NCBI GenBank assembly: GCA_029907255.1 | Contig: JARYMF010000007.1 | Span: forward strand, 37,896-101,895 | Direction of reading: 5' to 3' | Length of the DNA stretch: 64,000 nucleotides | Source: Armatimonadota bacterium | Lineage (GTDB): Bacteria; Armatimonadota; UBA5829; DTJY01 | Shown here: piece by piece, positions 17,849 to 27,390 of the stretch | How the letters are laid out: the number at the start of each line of letters is the position of its first letter | Position numbering within the stretch: position 1 is the first letter of the stretch | Notes under the pieces: generated by a model | Database searches by the model: none | What the model saw: only the letters and a program-made list of their open reading frames with translations | What the model was told of the DNA's origin: nothing | Program-made: the position numbers and the translations under genes

Positions 17849-18775
17849 ATGAAAACTCTGCTTGTTGTGAAGTGCCTGTTATATGTACTGATGATTGTGT
17901 GTTTTTGTGGATGTGTGCTTTCTGCAGGTGCGGCAGAAAGCCAAGGAATAAATGATAGTGGGGCGGCATTGACAACAGCAATTGATACCCAGGCAGATAG
18001 CGCGACCACAGATAACTTGGATTCATTGGATAAATCGTCTCAGGAAACGCCGGAAATCATCCCAATAATTCCAGAAGATAAGAAAACTACACCAGCAGTT
18101 TCTGTCAGCGAGGTAACCGAACCTAGAAAAGCAAAAGAAGAAAGCAGGCGAAGCAAGTCTGTCCGGCGCGCGCAAACGTACCCAGCAAGAGTGGCAGTGC
18201 AAATCAATGACTCGCAAACTTCGAAAAAGCCAGAGCCTTCACCGTATGTTATTGAAAAGAAGCGCCCAGATAAGATAGCACTCCTTTCAAATTACCAAAG
18301 AACTAGTCGAGAGCCTGCCAAGAAGGAAACTTCTACCATTGCTGTTGTTTTCTCCATGGTACTCAAGCTCTCTCTAGTTTTAGGGCTTGCATATTTTACG
18401 ATTTTGCTATTGAAATGGGTTTCATCGCGAAGAGACTTGTTGCCTAATAACCATGATTTAAAGATGGTTGCATCAGCTAAACTTTCAGCAAACAGTACCC
18501 TTCACATTGTTAATGTAAGAGGGAAAAGCCTTTTAATCGGGTGCGGTGGAGGCCAAGTGAGTCTTCTATGTGATCTGGGGGACGTATCTGAAGAAGGAAT
18601 GTCTCAACCCAGCGGTCTTTTTGTGGAGTATCTTGAGAAATACTCGAAGGAAGAAGCGCAAAACGGTCCTGCTGGGCGAATTGCTGGCCTCCTGCGGGAC
18701 TGCACTTCATATCTGCGCGAGCGTAGTCATATCTTTGCCAAAGCATCAGGTAGAGGTGTGAATGATGAAGGCTAA
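17849..18775 (+). CDS. fliO: FliO/FliZ-family flagellar biosynthesis protein with a long low-complexity N-terminal extension
   Basis: Signal/TM at the N-terminus. A ~170-aa S/T/E/K/P-rich region follows. Then a TM segment and a FliO core: [34 protein letters not shown]. The ATG at 17849 has an RBS, whereas the ORF start at 17801 overlaps fliN. Confidence 0.55.
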   Translation: MKTLLVVKCLLYVLMIVCFCGCVLSAGAAESQGINDSGAALTTAIDTQADSATTDNLDSLDKSSQETPEIIPIIPEDKKTTPAVSVSEVTEPRKAKEESRRSKSVRRAQTYPARVAVQINDSQTSKKPEPSPYVIEKKRPDKIALLSNYQRTSREPAKKETSTIAVVFSMVLKLSLVLGLAYFTILLLKWVSSRRDLLPNNHDLKMVASAKLSANSTLHIVNVRGKSLLIGCGGGQVSLLCDLGDVSEEGMSQPSGLFVEYLEKYSKEEAQNGPAGRIAGLLRDCTSYLRERSHIFAKASGRGVNDEG

Positions 18776-19508
18776 AATTTTGACGGCAGGGTATGCGCTG
18801 TTTGGCTTTTTCGGTATCGCAGCGGCAGAGCCCGTAATTCCAAAGCTAAATATTGGCATCGAAGCGGCAAACAGTCCCCAGGATGTTTCTGTGAGCCTGC
18901 AAATCCTTCTAATCCTTACGGTTCTGTCGCTTGCGCCGGCAATGTTAATCATGCTGACGTCGTTTACAAGAATTGTAATCGTTCTCTCGTTTACTAGGAG
19001 TGCGCTTGGTACTGCCCAGGTGCCGCCAAACTCAGTACTGATTGGATTAGCGCTTTTCCTTACCTTTTTTACTATGGCTCCAATATTTATCAATATAAAC
19101 GACGTGGCACTTCAGCCGTACCTGCATAGGGAAATAAGCTTCGATGAGGCACTTGACCGCGCGTCCTCGCCAATAAGGGATTTCATGTTCGCTCAGGTAA
19201 GAGAGAAAGATATCGCACTTTTTGTAAATCTTGCGCGTATTGAGCAGCCGAATAGTGAATCTGATGTGCCAATGTATGTGCTTATTCCTGCATTCTTAAT
19301 TAGCGAACTATATAAGGCTTTCAGCATTGGATTTATGATCTTCATCCCATTCTTGGTCATAGACATGGTTATTGCAGTAACCCTGATGTCTATGGGCATG
19401 ATGATGCTTCCGCCCGTGGTAATCTCACTTCCTTTTAAAATTTTGCTTTTTGTGCTTGTAGATGGTTGGCACTTAATCGCTCAATCGCTCACAATGAGCT
19501 TTCATTGA
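18762..19508 (+). CDS. fliP: Flagellar export apparatus protein FliP
   Basis: 248 aa. Signal peptide plus the FliP core [39 protein letters not shown]. Confidence 0.92.
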   Translation: MMKAKILTAGYALFGFFGIAAAEPVIPKLNIGIEAANSPQDVSVSLQILLILTVLSLAPAMLIMLTSFTRIVIVLSFTRSALGTAQVPPNSVLIGLALFLTFFTMAPIFININDVALQPYLHREISFDEALDRASSPIRDFMFAQVREKDIALFVNLARIEQPNSESDVPMYVLIPAFLISELYKAFSIGFMIFIPFLVIDMVIAVTLMSMGMMMLPPVVISLPFKILLFVLVDGWHLIAQSLTMSFH

Positions 19509-19518
19509 GGTGTAGACT

Positions 19519-19788
19519 ATGACTGATTCAAACGTTCTGAGTATTGCACAGCATGCATTAACTTTGGCGGTTGCCATATCTGCGCCAATCTTAGGTGCTG
19601 GATTGGTAGTGGGCTTGGTAGTAAGCATTTTCCAGGCAGCCACACAAATTCATGAAATGACAATAACGTTTATACCAAAAATTCTGGCAGTTGCTGCTGC
19701 CTTGACTGCTTGTGGACCGTGGATGGTGCGGCAGGTTGTGGATTTCACTACTGTTTTGTTTCAAAGCATACCAACAATGGTGAGATAG
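19519..19788 (+). CDS. fliQ: Flagellar export apparatus protein FliQ
   Basis: 89 aa, two TM segments. Located after fliP. Confidence 0.9.
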   Translation: MTDSNVLSIAQHALTLAVAISAPILGAGLVVGLVVSIFQAATQIHEMTITFIPKILAVAAALTACGPWMVRQVVDFTTVLFQSIPTMVR

Positions 19789-20571
19789 ATGGACCTAGCA
19801 TCGTTTAGCATTGAGAGGCTTGAAGCGTTTATATTGATTCTGTCGCGCACGGCGGGGATATTTGCCATAACGCCGCTGTTTGGCTCAAATCAGGTGCCTT
19901 TACAGATACGTATCGCAATGGCGGTGGGACTTGCAATTGTGTTTGTGCCTCTCTACCGGCTTAACGGAGTGCTAGCATCCGATGCCCTTCAAATGGCGTT
20001 GCTTATTGGGAAAGAGACATTAGTTGGATTAGTAATCGGATTCGTAGCTACGTTGGTTCTAACGACTGTTCAAATAGCAGGTGAATTTGTAGATATGCAG
20101 TCAGGATTTAGCTTTGCAAGCATGGTTGACCCTGTTAATGGAACGCATACTGCCGTGGTAGCAAGACTTCATTATTTGATTGCAGGCCTTTTGTTTTTTG
20201 TGACTAACGCCCACCATGTGATGATTCAAGGCCTTGCAGACAGCTTTAGTCTGGTTCCAATTGGCCAATTAGTCATAAATTCGGCTGTAGCTAACGGAGT
20301 TATGGATTTGTTTGTCCATTTATTTATGGTTGCGATTCGTATTGCCATGCCAGTCCTTAGCGCTGTTTTTCTTGCTGATATATCATTGGCGCTAATTGCT
20401 CGGGCTGTTCCCCAGATGAATGTGCTCATAGTGGGTTTCCCCTTGAAGATTGGGGTTGGCCTTGTTGGCATTCTTGTTGCTTTGCCGGTCATAATGGCTT
20501 CTGCTCAGGGATTATTTGGTGATATATACAGTCAGACGGGGAGTATTCTCCGCCTGTTTGTTGGTCAATAG
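19789..20571 (+). CDS. fliR: Flagellar export apparatus protein FliR
   Basis: 260 aa, polytopic membrane protein. Position fits. Confidence 0.9.
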   Translation: MDLASFSIERLEAFILILSRTAGIFAITPLFGSNQVPLQIRIAMAVGLAIVFVPLYRLNGVLASDALQMALLIGKETLVGLVIGFVATLVLTTVQIAGEFVDMQSGFSFASMVDPVNGTHTAVVARLHYLIAGLLFFVTNAHHVMIQGLADSFSLVPIGQLVINSAVANGVMDLFVHLFMVAIRIAMPVLSAVFLADISLALIARAVPQMNVLIVGFPLKIGVGLVGILVALPVIMASAQGLFGDIYSQTGSILRLFVGQ

Positions 20572-20593
20572 GCACAGCTAGGAGAATTTAGGA

Positions 20594-21670
20594 ATGGCTT
20601 CACAAGACAGGACCGAACCTGCAACCCCGCGAAGGCGGGAGGAAGCAAGGCAGGAGGGCAAAGTTGCCAAAAGCATGGACGTCAATTCTGTTGTTGTCCT
20701 GCTTGCTGGGATTCTCCTCCTCAAAGTTGCCGGGCCATATATGCTAAGAGGATTGATGGCAATTGCCACGGATGCATTTTCTCATTTGCATTCTAGCGAA
20801 GTAACGATGGGCAATGTTGGAACATACTTAGCGTCATATGGAGTTCGCGGAGCGCTTATCTGTCTTCCTTTGGCGATTGGGTTAGGTGCAGTAGGCATAG
20901 CGTCTAATGTTATGCAAGTCGGCTTAAAAGTTACACCAAAGGTGCTAAATCCCGATTTGAATAGGCTCAATCTGGTGCAGGGGATTGCAAGGTTGTTTTC
21001 ATGGCGCTGCGGTGTAGAAATCATAAAGCTAGTGGCTAAAGTAAGCATTGTTGCTTGGGTGGTTTATGCTTTTTTAAAAAACCAATATCCCTTGCTTGTA
21101 AATTTGGCGGCTATGCCTCCTGTCAGCGGTTTTCTTCTTGTAGGGAGCCTCTGCTGGCAGCTTGTTTTACGAGCATGGATTGTTATGGTGGCTATAGCAA
21201 TTTTCGATTTTATCTATCAGCGCTTTCAATTCGAACAAAGCATGAAGATGACCAAACAAGAGGTTAAGGATGAGTACCGGCGTTCGGAAGGAGACCCTTA
21301 CATAAAAGCAAGGATTAGACAGCGCCAAAGGGAGATAGCTCGTGGAAGAATGTTCCTTGATGTTGCGAGGGCAGATGTAGTGATTACCAACCCAGTTCAC
21401 CTGGCAGTGGCACTAAGATACGACTCGGATGAGATGGCTGCGCCAACCGTTGTTGCCAAAGGCCAGCGGCTCATTGCTGAGAAGATCAAGGCTATCGCCG
21501 AAGCACATTGCGTTCCAATAATTGAAAACCCGCCGGTCGCAAGGTTGCTATATAAGACTGTCGAAGTTGGTCAGCAGATACCTGAAAGCTTGTATCAAGC
21601 AGTTGCTGAGATTCTAGCTTATGTATATAGAATGAGCGAGAGAACTGGTAACAGGCACGCGGCTGCCTAA
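20594..21670 (+). CDS. flhB: Flagellar export switch protein FlhB
   Basis: 358 aa. The NPVH autocleavage motif is present (ADVVITNPVHLAVAL). Confidence 0.92.
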   Translation: MASQDRTEPATPRRREEARQEGKVAKSMDVNSVVVLLAGILLLKVAGPYMLRGLMAIATDAFSHLHSSEVTMGNVGTYLASYGVRGALICLPLAIGLGAVGIASNVMQVGLKVTPKVLNPDLNRLNLVQGIARLFSWRCGVEIIKLVAKVSIVAWVVYAFLKNQYPLLVNLAAMPPVSGFLLVGSLCWQLVLRAWIVMVAIAIFDFIYQRFQFEQSMKMTKQEVKDEYRRSEGDPYIKARIRQRQREIARGRMFLDVARADVVITNPVHLAVALRYDSDEMAAPTVVAKGQRLIAEKIKAIAEAHCVPIIENPPVARLLYKTVEVGQQIPESLYQAVAEILAYVYRMSERTGNRHAAA

Positions 21671-21737
21671 TATATTTGCGTTTTCCAAAACAATAGCGCA
21701 ATTTAGAATGATAAGATGAGGGCAAAAAGGACTAATT

Positions 21738-23828
21738 ATGGCAACAGTTATAGCACCTCGGAAGCCATTAGGGCTTCAAACAATAACCAAATATAGCGAT
21801 TATCTCGTTGCTTTTACTGCTGTCATCGTCGTGGGGATGTTGATAATGCCAATTCCTGCGTGGTTGCTCGACGTCCTCCTAACACTAAATATTGCAATGG
21901 CGATGACCGTTTTGCTGGCAACAATCTATACCCCACAGCCGCTTGAGTTTGCTTCTTTTCCGTCTATGCTTTTGGTTACTACGCTTTTCCGACTTGCCCT
22001 TAACATTTCAGCAACAAGACTAGTACTCCTTAGCGGTTCTGCTGGAGCACTCATTTCGGCATTTGGTACGGTTGTTGTCGGCGGTAACTACGTTGTCGGT
22101 GTCGTAATTTTTATTATTCTTGTAATTATCCAATTCATAGTCATAACCAACGGCACAGGTCGAGTTGCTGAGGTTGCCGCAAGGTTTACGCTAGATGCAA
22201 TGCCAGGGAAGCAAATGGCTATTGATGCGGACCTCAATGCAGGCATTATTGATGAAGAGGAAGCTCAAGCCCGCCGAAAAGCGGTAGCACGAGAGGCTGA
22301 CTTTTATGGTGCCATGGATGGTGCAAGCAAGTTTGTTCGCGGCGATGCTCTTGCCGCGGTTGTCATGATTATAATCAACATCCTTGGCGGAATCATGATT
22401 GGCGTACTTCAACGGCATATGAACTTTATAACCGCTCTCCAAAACTATACGCTGTTGACAATTGGTGTGGGTCTTGTTACGCAAATACCTTCTTTGCTAG
22501 TGTCGACTGCGACGGGCTTAATGGTTACAAAGGTATCATCAGAAAGCAATTTGGGTAGCGAATTAACTTCGCAAATGCTTGGCCAGCCAAAAGCAGTTTG
22601 GATTACATCGGGAATATGCGCAATACTCGCATTAATTCCCGGACTTCCAAAAATGCCATTTATTCTTGCTGGTCTATTTGGAATTGGGCTGGCATTCTTA
22701 ATCAAGGGGCAAGCGCAACCTCGTACTGAGGAGCAGAAGGAAATCAAAACTCCCAAGCCTCCTGAATCCATGACCGATTTGCTTGCGGTTGATCCTATTG
22801 AGGTTGAGCTAGGATATGGTCTAATACCGCTAGCTGATCCAAAGCAAGGTGGCGACCTCCTAGATAGAATTACTGCAGTACGAAGGCAGGCAGCGCTCGA
22901 ACTTGGTCTTCTTGTTCCTGCAATTAGAGTTAGAGATAATATGCAGCTTAAACCGAACGCTTACTCAGTTAAGCTTCGCGGTATCGAGATTGGCACAGGC
23001 GAAGTATATTCGGGCCAGTTGTTAGCTATGAACCCAGGGACGGCGACTGCTGAGCTCCAAGGTATAGAAACTGTTGAACCTGCCTTCGGACTTCCGGCGA
23101 TTTGGATCTCTGAACTCCAACAGACAGAAGCTGAGATGGCCGGCTATACGGTTGTTGATCCACTAACCGTTATGATTACACACCTAAGTGAACTTATTAA
23201 GAAACATGCAGCAGAAATTTTAACGCGACAAGACACGCAGACGCTAATAGATACTGTTAAGGAGAAGTCACCTGCAGTAGTTGAAGAACTTGTTCCAAAT
23301 CTTCTTGGCATCGGTGACATCCAGAAGGTCCTCCAAAACTTGCTATCAGAGCGGGTTTCAATCCGAGATCTGGGTGTCATTTTAGAAGCGCTAGCCGATG
23401 GCGCACGGCTTACAAAAGATACCGACTTGTTGACTGAGTATGTGCGCCAGGCTCTATGCAGGCAAATTAGCAAACAATATCAGTCACCAGAAGGCTATAT
23501 TCATGTAATTACCCTTGACCCGGCTGTCGAACAGATACTTGCAGAAGGTATTCGGCAGACGGATACGGGTTACCAATTGGTTCTGGAGCCCCGAATTGCT
23601 CAGCGAATTCTTGAGGAGACTCGGAACCAAGCAGAGCGAATGGCAGCATTAGGATATCAACCTGTCATACTCTGCTCGCCTAGGGTGAGGATTCACTTTA
23701 GGCGGCTTATTGAACGAATGGCTCCAACGCTAGCTGTTTTGTCGTTCAATGAGCTAAGTCCAGGTACCAAGCTTGAAACACAGGGAATGGTGAGCCTGGC
23801 AAATGAAAGTTCTTATGCAGTAAAGTGA
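21738..23828 (+). CDS. flhA: Flagellar export gate protein FlhA
   Basis: 696 aa. FHIPEP motifs and a large C-terminal cytoplasmic domain are present. Confidence 0.95.
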   Translation: MATVIAPRKPLGLQTITKYSDYLVAFTAVIVVGMLIMPIPAWLLDVLLTLNIAMAMTVLLATIYTPQPLEFASFPSMLLVTTLFRLALNISATRLVLLSGSAGALISAFGTVVVGGNYVVGVVIFIILVIIQFIVITNGTGRVAEVAARFTLDAMPGKQMAIDADLNAGIIDEEEAQARRKAVAREADFYGAMDGASKFVRGDALAAVVMIIINILGGIMIGVLQRHMNFITALQNYTLLTIGVGLVTQIPSLLVSTATGLMVTKVSSESNLGSELTSQMLGQPKAVWITSGICAILALIPGLPKMPFILAGLFGIGLAFLIKGQAQPRTEEQKEIKTPKPPESMTDLLAVDPIEVELGYGLIPLADPKQGGDLLDRITAVRRQAALELGLLVPAIRVRDNMQLKPNAYSVKLRGIEIGTGEVYSGQLLAMNPGTATAELQGIETVEPAFGLPAIWISELQQTEAEMAGYTVVDPLTVMITHLSELIKKHAAEILTRQDTQTLIDTVKEKSPAVVEELVPNLLGIGDIQKVLQNLLSERVSIRDLGVILEALADGARLTKDTDLLTEYVRQALCRQISKQYQSPEGYIHVITLDPAVEQILAEGIRQTDTGYQLVLEPRIAQRILEETRNQAERMAALGYQPVILCSPRVRIHFRRLIERMAPTLAVLSFNELSPGTKLETQGMVSLANESSYAVK

Positions 23829-23836
23829 GGTAGCAA

Positions 23837-24865
23837 GTGTTTTGGCGCAAGAAAACTGAAGACAGAGTGAACATCTTTTCCCTCGTGAGGGTCAACGACA
23901 GAATTCAATTGAAAGTCTATGGCCGCGCATATCTAAGTCGTGTTGAAGATATTCGAGGGCAGGAATTGTTTGTTGGCGCCCCTGTAGAGCAGAACCGAGT
24001 AAGGATGCTGTCGATAGGACGTGAGGTCACGGTTAGCTTGTTTGCAGCTCATGGACTGCAGCAATTCTCTGCCGTCGTTGTTCGCATGGAAACAGACCGA
24101 ATCCCGCTTGTTGTCTTGTCGAATTTCAAGGCGATAGGCACAGTTCAACGCAGAGAGTATGTTAGGGTGCCGCAGAAACTTCCTATACGTTATAGGCTAC
24201 TCTCAGGTCCTAAGAGTGGCGGGCCTTGGTTCAACGGAATAACAAACGACTTGAGCGGCGGCGGGGTCCAATTGACTGTAAGGCATTGTGGACTAGAGGT
24301 TGGAGATCTCTTGGAGATAGAGCTCTTTTTGCCCGGGGAGGAACCTATCAGTGCAGTTGGACAGGTTGTCCGTGCAGCACAGGGCTATTTTTCAATACTC
24401 AGCGATCAGACAATTGGCATTAAGTTTACAGAAATAAATTCGGCGGAGCGCGACCGAATTGTCCGTTATGTCTTCAAAAAGCAAGCAGAGATGCTTGATT
24501 CGCGCCGGAGTTTCGTTCGTATAAGGCAACGCGTGGAAGTTTCCTACAGACGCTCAAACAAACATTCATTTGAGAGAGGATACACTCTGGATATGAGCAC
24601 GGGTGGCTTGCGGTTGGTGGCTTTGTCAGGTGAGAGTTTCAACACAGGTGATATCCTCGACATTTGGATTGTTCTTTCCAACTCGACAATTATCGGAGCA
24701 ACCGGTGAAGTTGTCTGGGTAGGGAATGGAAAAGAAACTTCAGCTCAGGAACAGCAAATAGGTATAAAATTTACCAAGATTGATTCAGAATCAAGGACCT
24801 TGCTTGCTGATTTTCTTTCTGGCGCACGGACGGAAGATAACCAGCTGGATGATAAGGCAGCATAG
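23837..24865 (+). CDS. Tandem PilZ-domain protein (putative c-di-GMP receptor) in the position usually held by flhF/flhG
   Basis: 342 aa. Two PilZ signatures: QRREYVRVP...DLSGGGVQL and RRSFVRIRQRVEV...DMSTGGLRL. A ~100-aa N-terminal domain precedes them. Confidence 0.7.
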   Translation: MFWRKKTEDRVNIFSLVRVNDRIQLKVYGRAYLSRVEDIRGQELFVGAPVEQNRVRMLSIGREVTVSLFAAHGLQQFSAVVVRMETDRIPLVVLSNFKAIGTVQRREYVRVPQKLPIRYRLLSGPKSGGPWFNGITNDLSGGGVQLTVRHCGLEVGDLLEIELFLPGEEPISAVGQVVRAAQGYFSILSDQTIGIKFTEINSAERDRIVRYVFKKQAEMLDSRRSFVRIRQRVEVSYRRSNKHSFERGYTLDMSTGGLRLVALSGESFNTGDILDIWIVLSNSTIIGATGEVVWVGNGKETSAQEQQIGIKFTKIDSESRTLLADFLSGARTEDNQLDDKAA

Positions 24866-24877
24866 GACTGAAGAACT

Positions 24878-25099
24878 ATGGATGGATTTTATCAGTTAGT
24901 GTGCCTGCTGATATCGCTTGCAGGTTTCATGATAGTCATAGGGGTGTTGCTGATACGAGGTGAGCCCATTCTTGTCACCGCAGTTAAGGGTGTGCTGGCT
25001 TTTGTAGCGCTCAAAATTATTCTAGGTGTATTAAGCAAGCTTTTTAACGCAGTAGCCTGTTCTGAAAACACCAACGAAATAAACAGGGATAATACCTAG
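24878..25099 (+). CDS. Small two-TM membrane protein, hypothetical
   Basis: 73 aa with two hydrophobic helices. Tightly packed between the PilZ gene and fliA. Confidence 0.35.
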   Translation: MDGFYQLVCLLISLAGFMIVIGVLLIRGEPILVTAVKGVLAFVALKIILGVLSKLFNAVACSENTNEINRDNT

Positions 25100-25106
25100 A
25101 TAGACT

Positions 25107-25898
25107 TTGCGGAGGTTTGCGAACTTGCCAAAGACAGACCTTCTGTGGAAACGATACAAACAGGGTAGGGATTTAGATGCGCGAGAGCAATTGATTTTAA
25201 ACTATGCGTATCTGGCAAAGTATGTTGTTGACCGTTTGACCATTCGGCCCAGTGCGGTTATGGATTACGACGACTTGCTTGGGCATGCCGTCGTAGGGCT
25301 TATCGATGCTGTAGAGAAATTCGACCCCTCTAGAGATGTCAAATTCGAAACCTATGCCGTAACCCGAATTAGAGGGGCCGTACTTGATGCGATTAAAAGT
25401 CTTGATTGGATGCCTAGAACCATTCGTTCACTAGAGCAAGAGCTTAGACAAACGTTCGCACGCTTAGAAGCGGAACTTGGCCGTCCAGCAACTGATCAAG
25501 AGGTAGCTTCATCACTTGGAATAACTGTTGATGCTTTGAATGAACGGCTTGCGGATATAGCTCAGTCGGCGCTTCTCTCGTTTGAAGAGCTCTTATCTTT
25601 TAGAGAAGAAAATTTTGGCGAGAATGGTATCTATTCCTTAAACGATCCCTCGGACGATCCCATTTTGGCTGCCGAGTTGAATGAACGAAGCCAGCTGCTT
25701 GCTAAGGCAATTACCGACCTTCCCGAGAAAGAAAAGCTTGTGATTAGCTTATACTATAATGATGGGTTGACGCTAAAAGAGATTGCAAAAGTCCTAGGCG
25801 TTACTGAATCAAGAGTCTGCCAATTGCATTCCAAAGCGGTTGTAAGGCTACAAGGGAAATTGGCAAGACATGCTGATTTGCTTGTTGCCGCGGCATAA
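25107..25898 (+). CDS. fliA: Flagellar sigma factor FliA (sigma-28)
   Basis: Sigma-70 regions 2, 3 and 4 are present (e.g. LTLKEIAKVLGVTESRVCQLHSKAV). A TTG at 25125 with GGAGG 9 nt upstream is an alternative start. Confidence 0.9.
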   Translation: MRRFANLPKTDLLWKRYKQGRDLDAREQLILNYAYLAKYVVDRLTIRPSAVMDYDDLLGHAVVGLIDAVEKFDPSRDVKFETYAVTRIRGAVLDAIKSLDWMPRTIRSLEQELRQTFARLEAELGRPATDQEVASSLGITVDALNERLADIAQSALLSFEELLSFREENFGENGIYSLNDPSDDPILAAELNERSQLLAKAITDLPEKEKLVISLYYNDGLTLKEIAKVLGVTESRVCQLHSKAVVRLQGKLARHADLLVAAA

Positions 25899-25914
25899 CG
25901 TGGAGGTGTTTAAG

Positions 25915-26205
25915 GTGGATGTTCGTGCGTCAGATACTTCAAACCTGGCGGCTCAACAGGTTGAATTAAAGCGTGGGGAACCGGTCAGGGAACGTTTACA
26001 GGGGCAGGTTCATGATCCATTTGCAGCCCACGCCGCTTCTCAAGTCGACGGACAAGTATCACGTCCAAAATTGTCAAAGGAACTCAAGAGAGGCAAGAAA
26101 AACGAAGAACATACAAGAAACCAGTTTGCAGTAGAGCAAGAGTCCGAACAATCCAATGTGTCCGAAACAGAGATTGAACACCATGTTCTTGATGTGAGGG
26201 TATAG
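25915..26205 (+). CDS. Hypothetical acidic protein downstream of fliA
   Basis: The GTG at 25915 has GGAGG 8 nt upstream. 96 aa with an acidic C-terminus. No recognisable FlgM motif. Confidence 0.3.
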   Translation: MDVRASDTSNLAAQQVELKRGEPVRERLQGQVHDPFAAHAASQVDGQVSRPKLSKELKRGKKNEEHTRNQFAVEQESEQSNVSETEIEHHVLDVRV

Positions 26206-26211
26206 AAATAT

Positions 26212-26493
26212 ATGAGCGAAGGTTGGTTCACATTTTGTTTGGTTGCTGCCATAATTCTGTGTTCTGGGTGCGTTCTTGCAGCTGCAATTATGCGAACAGT
26301 TGCTATCCAGCGTCAACGTGAAGCACTTATAACAGATAACCTGCGAGCGCTCGAAGAGTCCACTGTCTTCTTGATAGAGCAATTGAGGTCAGAAACCGAA
26401 CGAATGATTGCAGAAGTTGAGCAACGAAGGGAAGTTCTTGCTGAATTAATCGCAGAGTTCGACAAACGGCTCTCGGTAATCGCTAGAAAATGA
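26212..26493 (+). CDS. Hypothetical membrane-anchored coiled-coil protein
   Basis: 93 aa. N-terminal TM segment FTFCLVAAIILCSGCVLAAAI followed by a heptad-rich tail. Last gene of the plus-strand block. Confidence 0.35.
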   Translation: MSEGWFTFCLVAAIILCSGCVLAAAIMRTVAIQRQREALITDNLRALEESTVFLIEQLRSETERMIAEVEQRREVLAELIAEFDKRLSVIARK

Positions 26494-26504
26494 GCAATAT
26501 TTGC

Positions 26505-26954
26505 CTAAAGCATATTATCTAGAAAGCGCGAACTTTGCATTTGGGGTTGCTTTTCGTATGTTTTAATGAGACTGTGGTGTTGTCTTAACCTTGCGAGGTT
26601 TCTTCTATATTCGCCAAGCAGCGCATGTAAAGCATCTTCACAGGCAGTTTGCTTCTCCATCAGCGATTTTAGACCATTGGATACCTGCTCTATTATTTGC
26701 TCCAAATTGGGATGCTTGGTGATGCCGTCTTGGCTCCGAGGTGGCAGTCGTTTGGCGATTGATTGGAGTTGATTTGAACACCGCTTGATTTCTTCACATA
26801 CCCGGGCTCTTTCTTCAAGTATGCTTGCAACAGAGCCGATATCCGAATTGCCAATTTTCCCCATGAGTTGCAAGGACAAATCGCACGCTCGTTGCAAATA
26901 CCGGTCGAACCTAATCCCAATTTGAATTGCTTCTTGAATAGCGTCGGTGGTCAT
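26505..26954 (-). CDS. FliT-like flagellar chaperone, putative
   Basis: 149 aa, helical. It follows fliS on the minus strand, as fliT does in Bacillus. The call rests on position only. Confidence 0.35.
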   Translation of the reverse strand: MTTDAIQEAIQIGIRFDRYLQRACDLSLQLMGKIGNSDIGSVASILEERARVCEEIKRCSNQLQSIAKRLPPRSQDGITKHPNLEQIIEQVSNGLKSLMEKQTACEDALHALLGEYRRNLARLRQHHSLIKTYEKQPQMQSSRFLDNML

Positions 26955-27361
26955 GCTGCCTTTGCCTCTAGTTTAGGCTGGCCGGAGCGTGCAAGCAATT
27001 CGGCTTCTGCCCAAGTTTGCCTAAGTTCAGAAAGAATTTGGATTACTTCTTCCAAAGCCCGTTGGTCGTCTTTTATGTTGGCATGCGTCAGACGGTCGAA
27101 TATATAGGAATATAGGCTATAAAGGTTTTCGGCAAGCTGGCGGTCAACATTCATATCAAGGCTTGACATAAGTTCTAGAACGATATTTTGCACTTTGCGT
27201 ATATTCTCGCTTTGCTGGTCCAGCCTACCTTCTTTCATCTTTTCAGCTGCCGTTTTGGCAAATCTGATGGCCGCATCGTACGCCATGAGGAGTAGTTTGC
27301 CGGGGGATGCGGTTTTGAATTGGTTTTCTACATATTGCGAGTATGGACTGTTTACTGACAT
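26951..27361 (-). CDS. fliS: Flagellin-specific chaperone FliS
   Basis: 136 aa. Motifs LLLMAYDAAIRFAKTA...NIVLELMSSLDMNVDRQLAENLYSLYSYI. Confidence 0.85.
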   Translation of the reverse strand: MSVNSPYSQYVENQFKTASPGKLLLMAYDAAIRFAKTAAEKMKEGRLDQQSENIRKVQNIVLELMSSLDMNVDRQLAENLYSLYSYIFDRLTHANIKDDQRALEEVIQILSELRQTWAEAELLARSGQPKLEAKAA

Positions 27362-27390
27362 GGCATCCTGCCTCTTTGCTCCTATTAAGT

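Noticed and set aside
25870-25914. ORF start at 25870 overlapping the fliA 3' end
   Set aside because: It overlaps fliA. A GTG at 25915 with GGAGG 8 nt upstream is the likelier start. Protein identity remains unknown.
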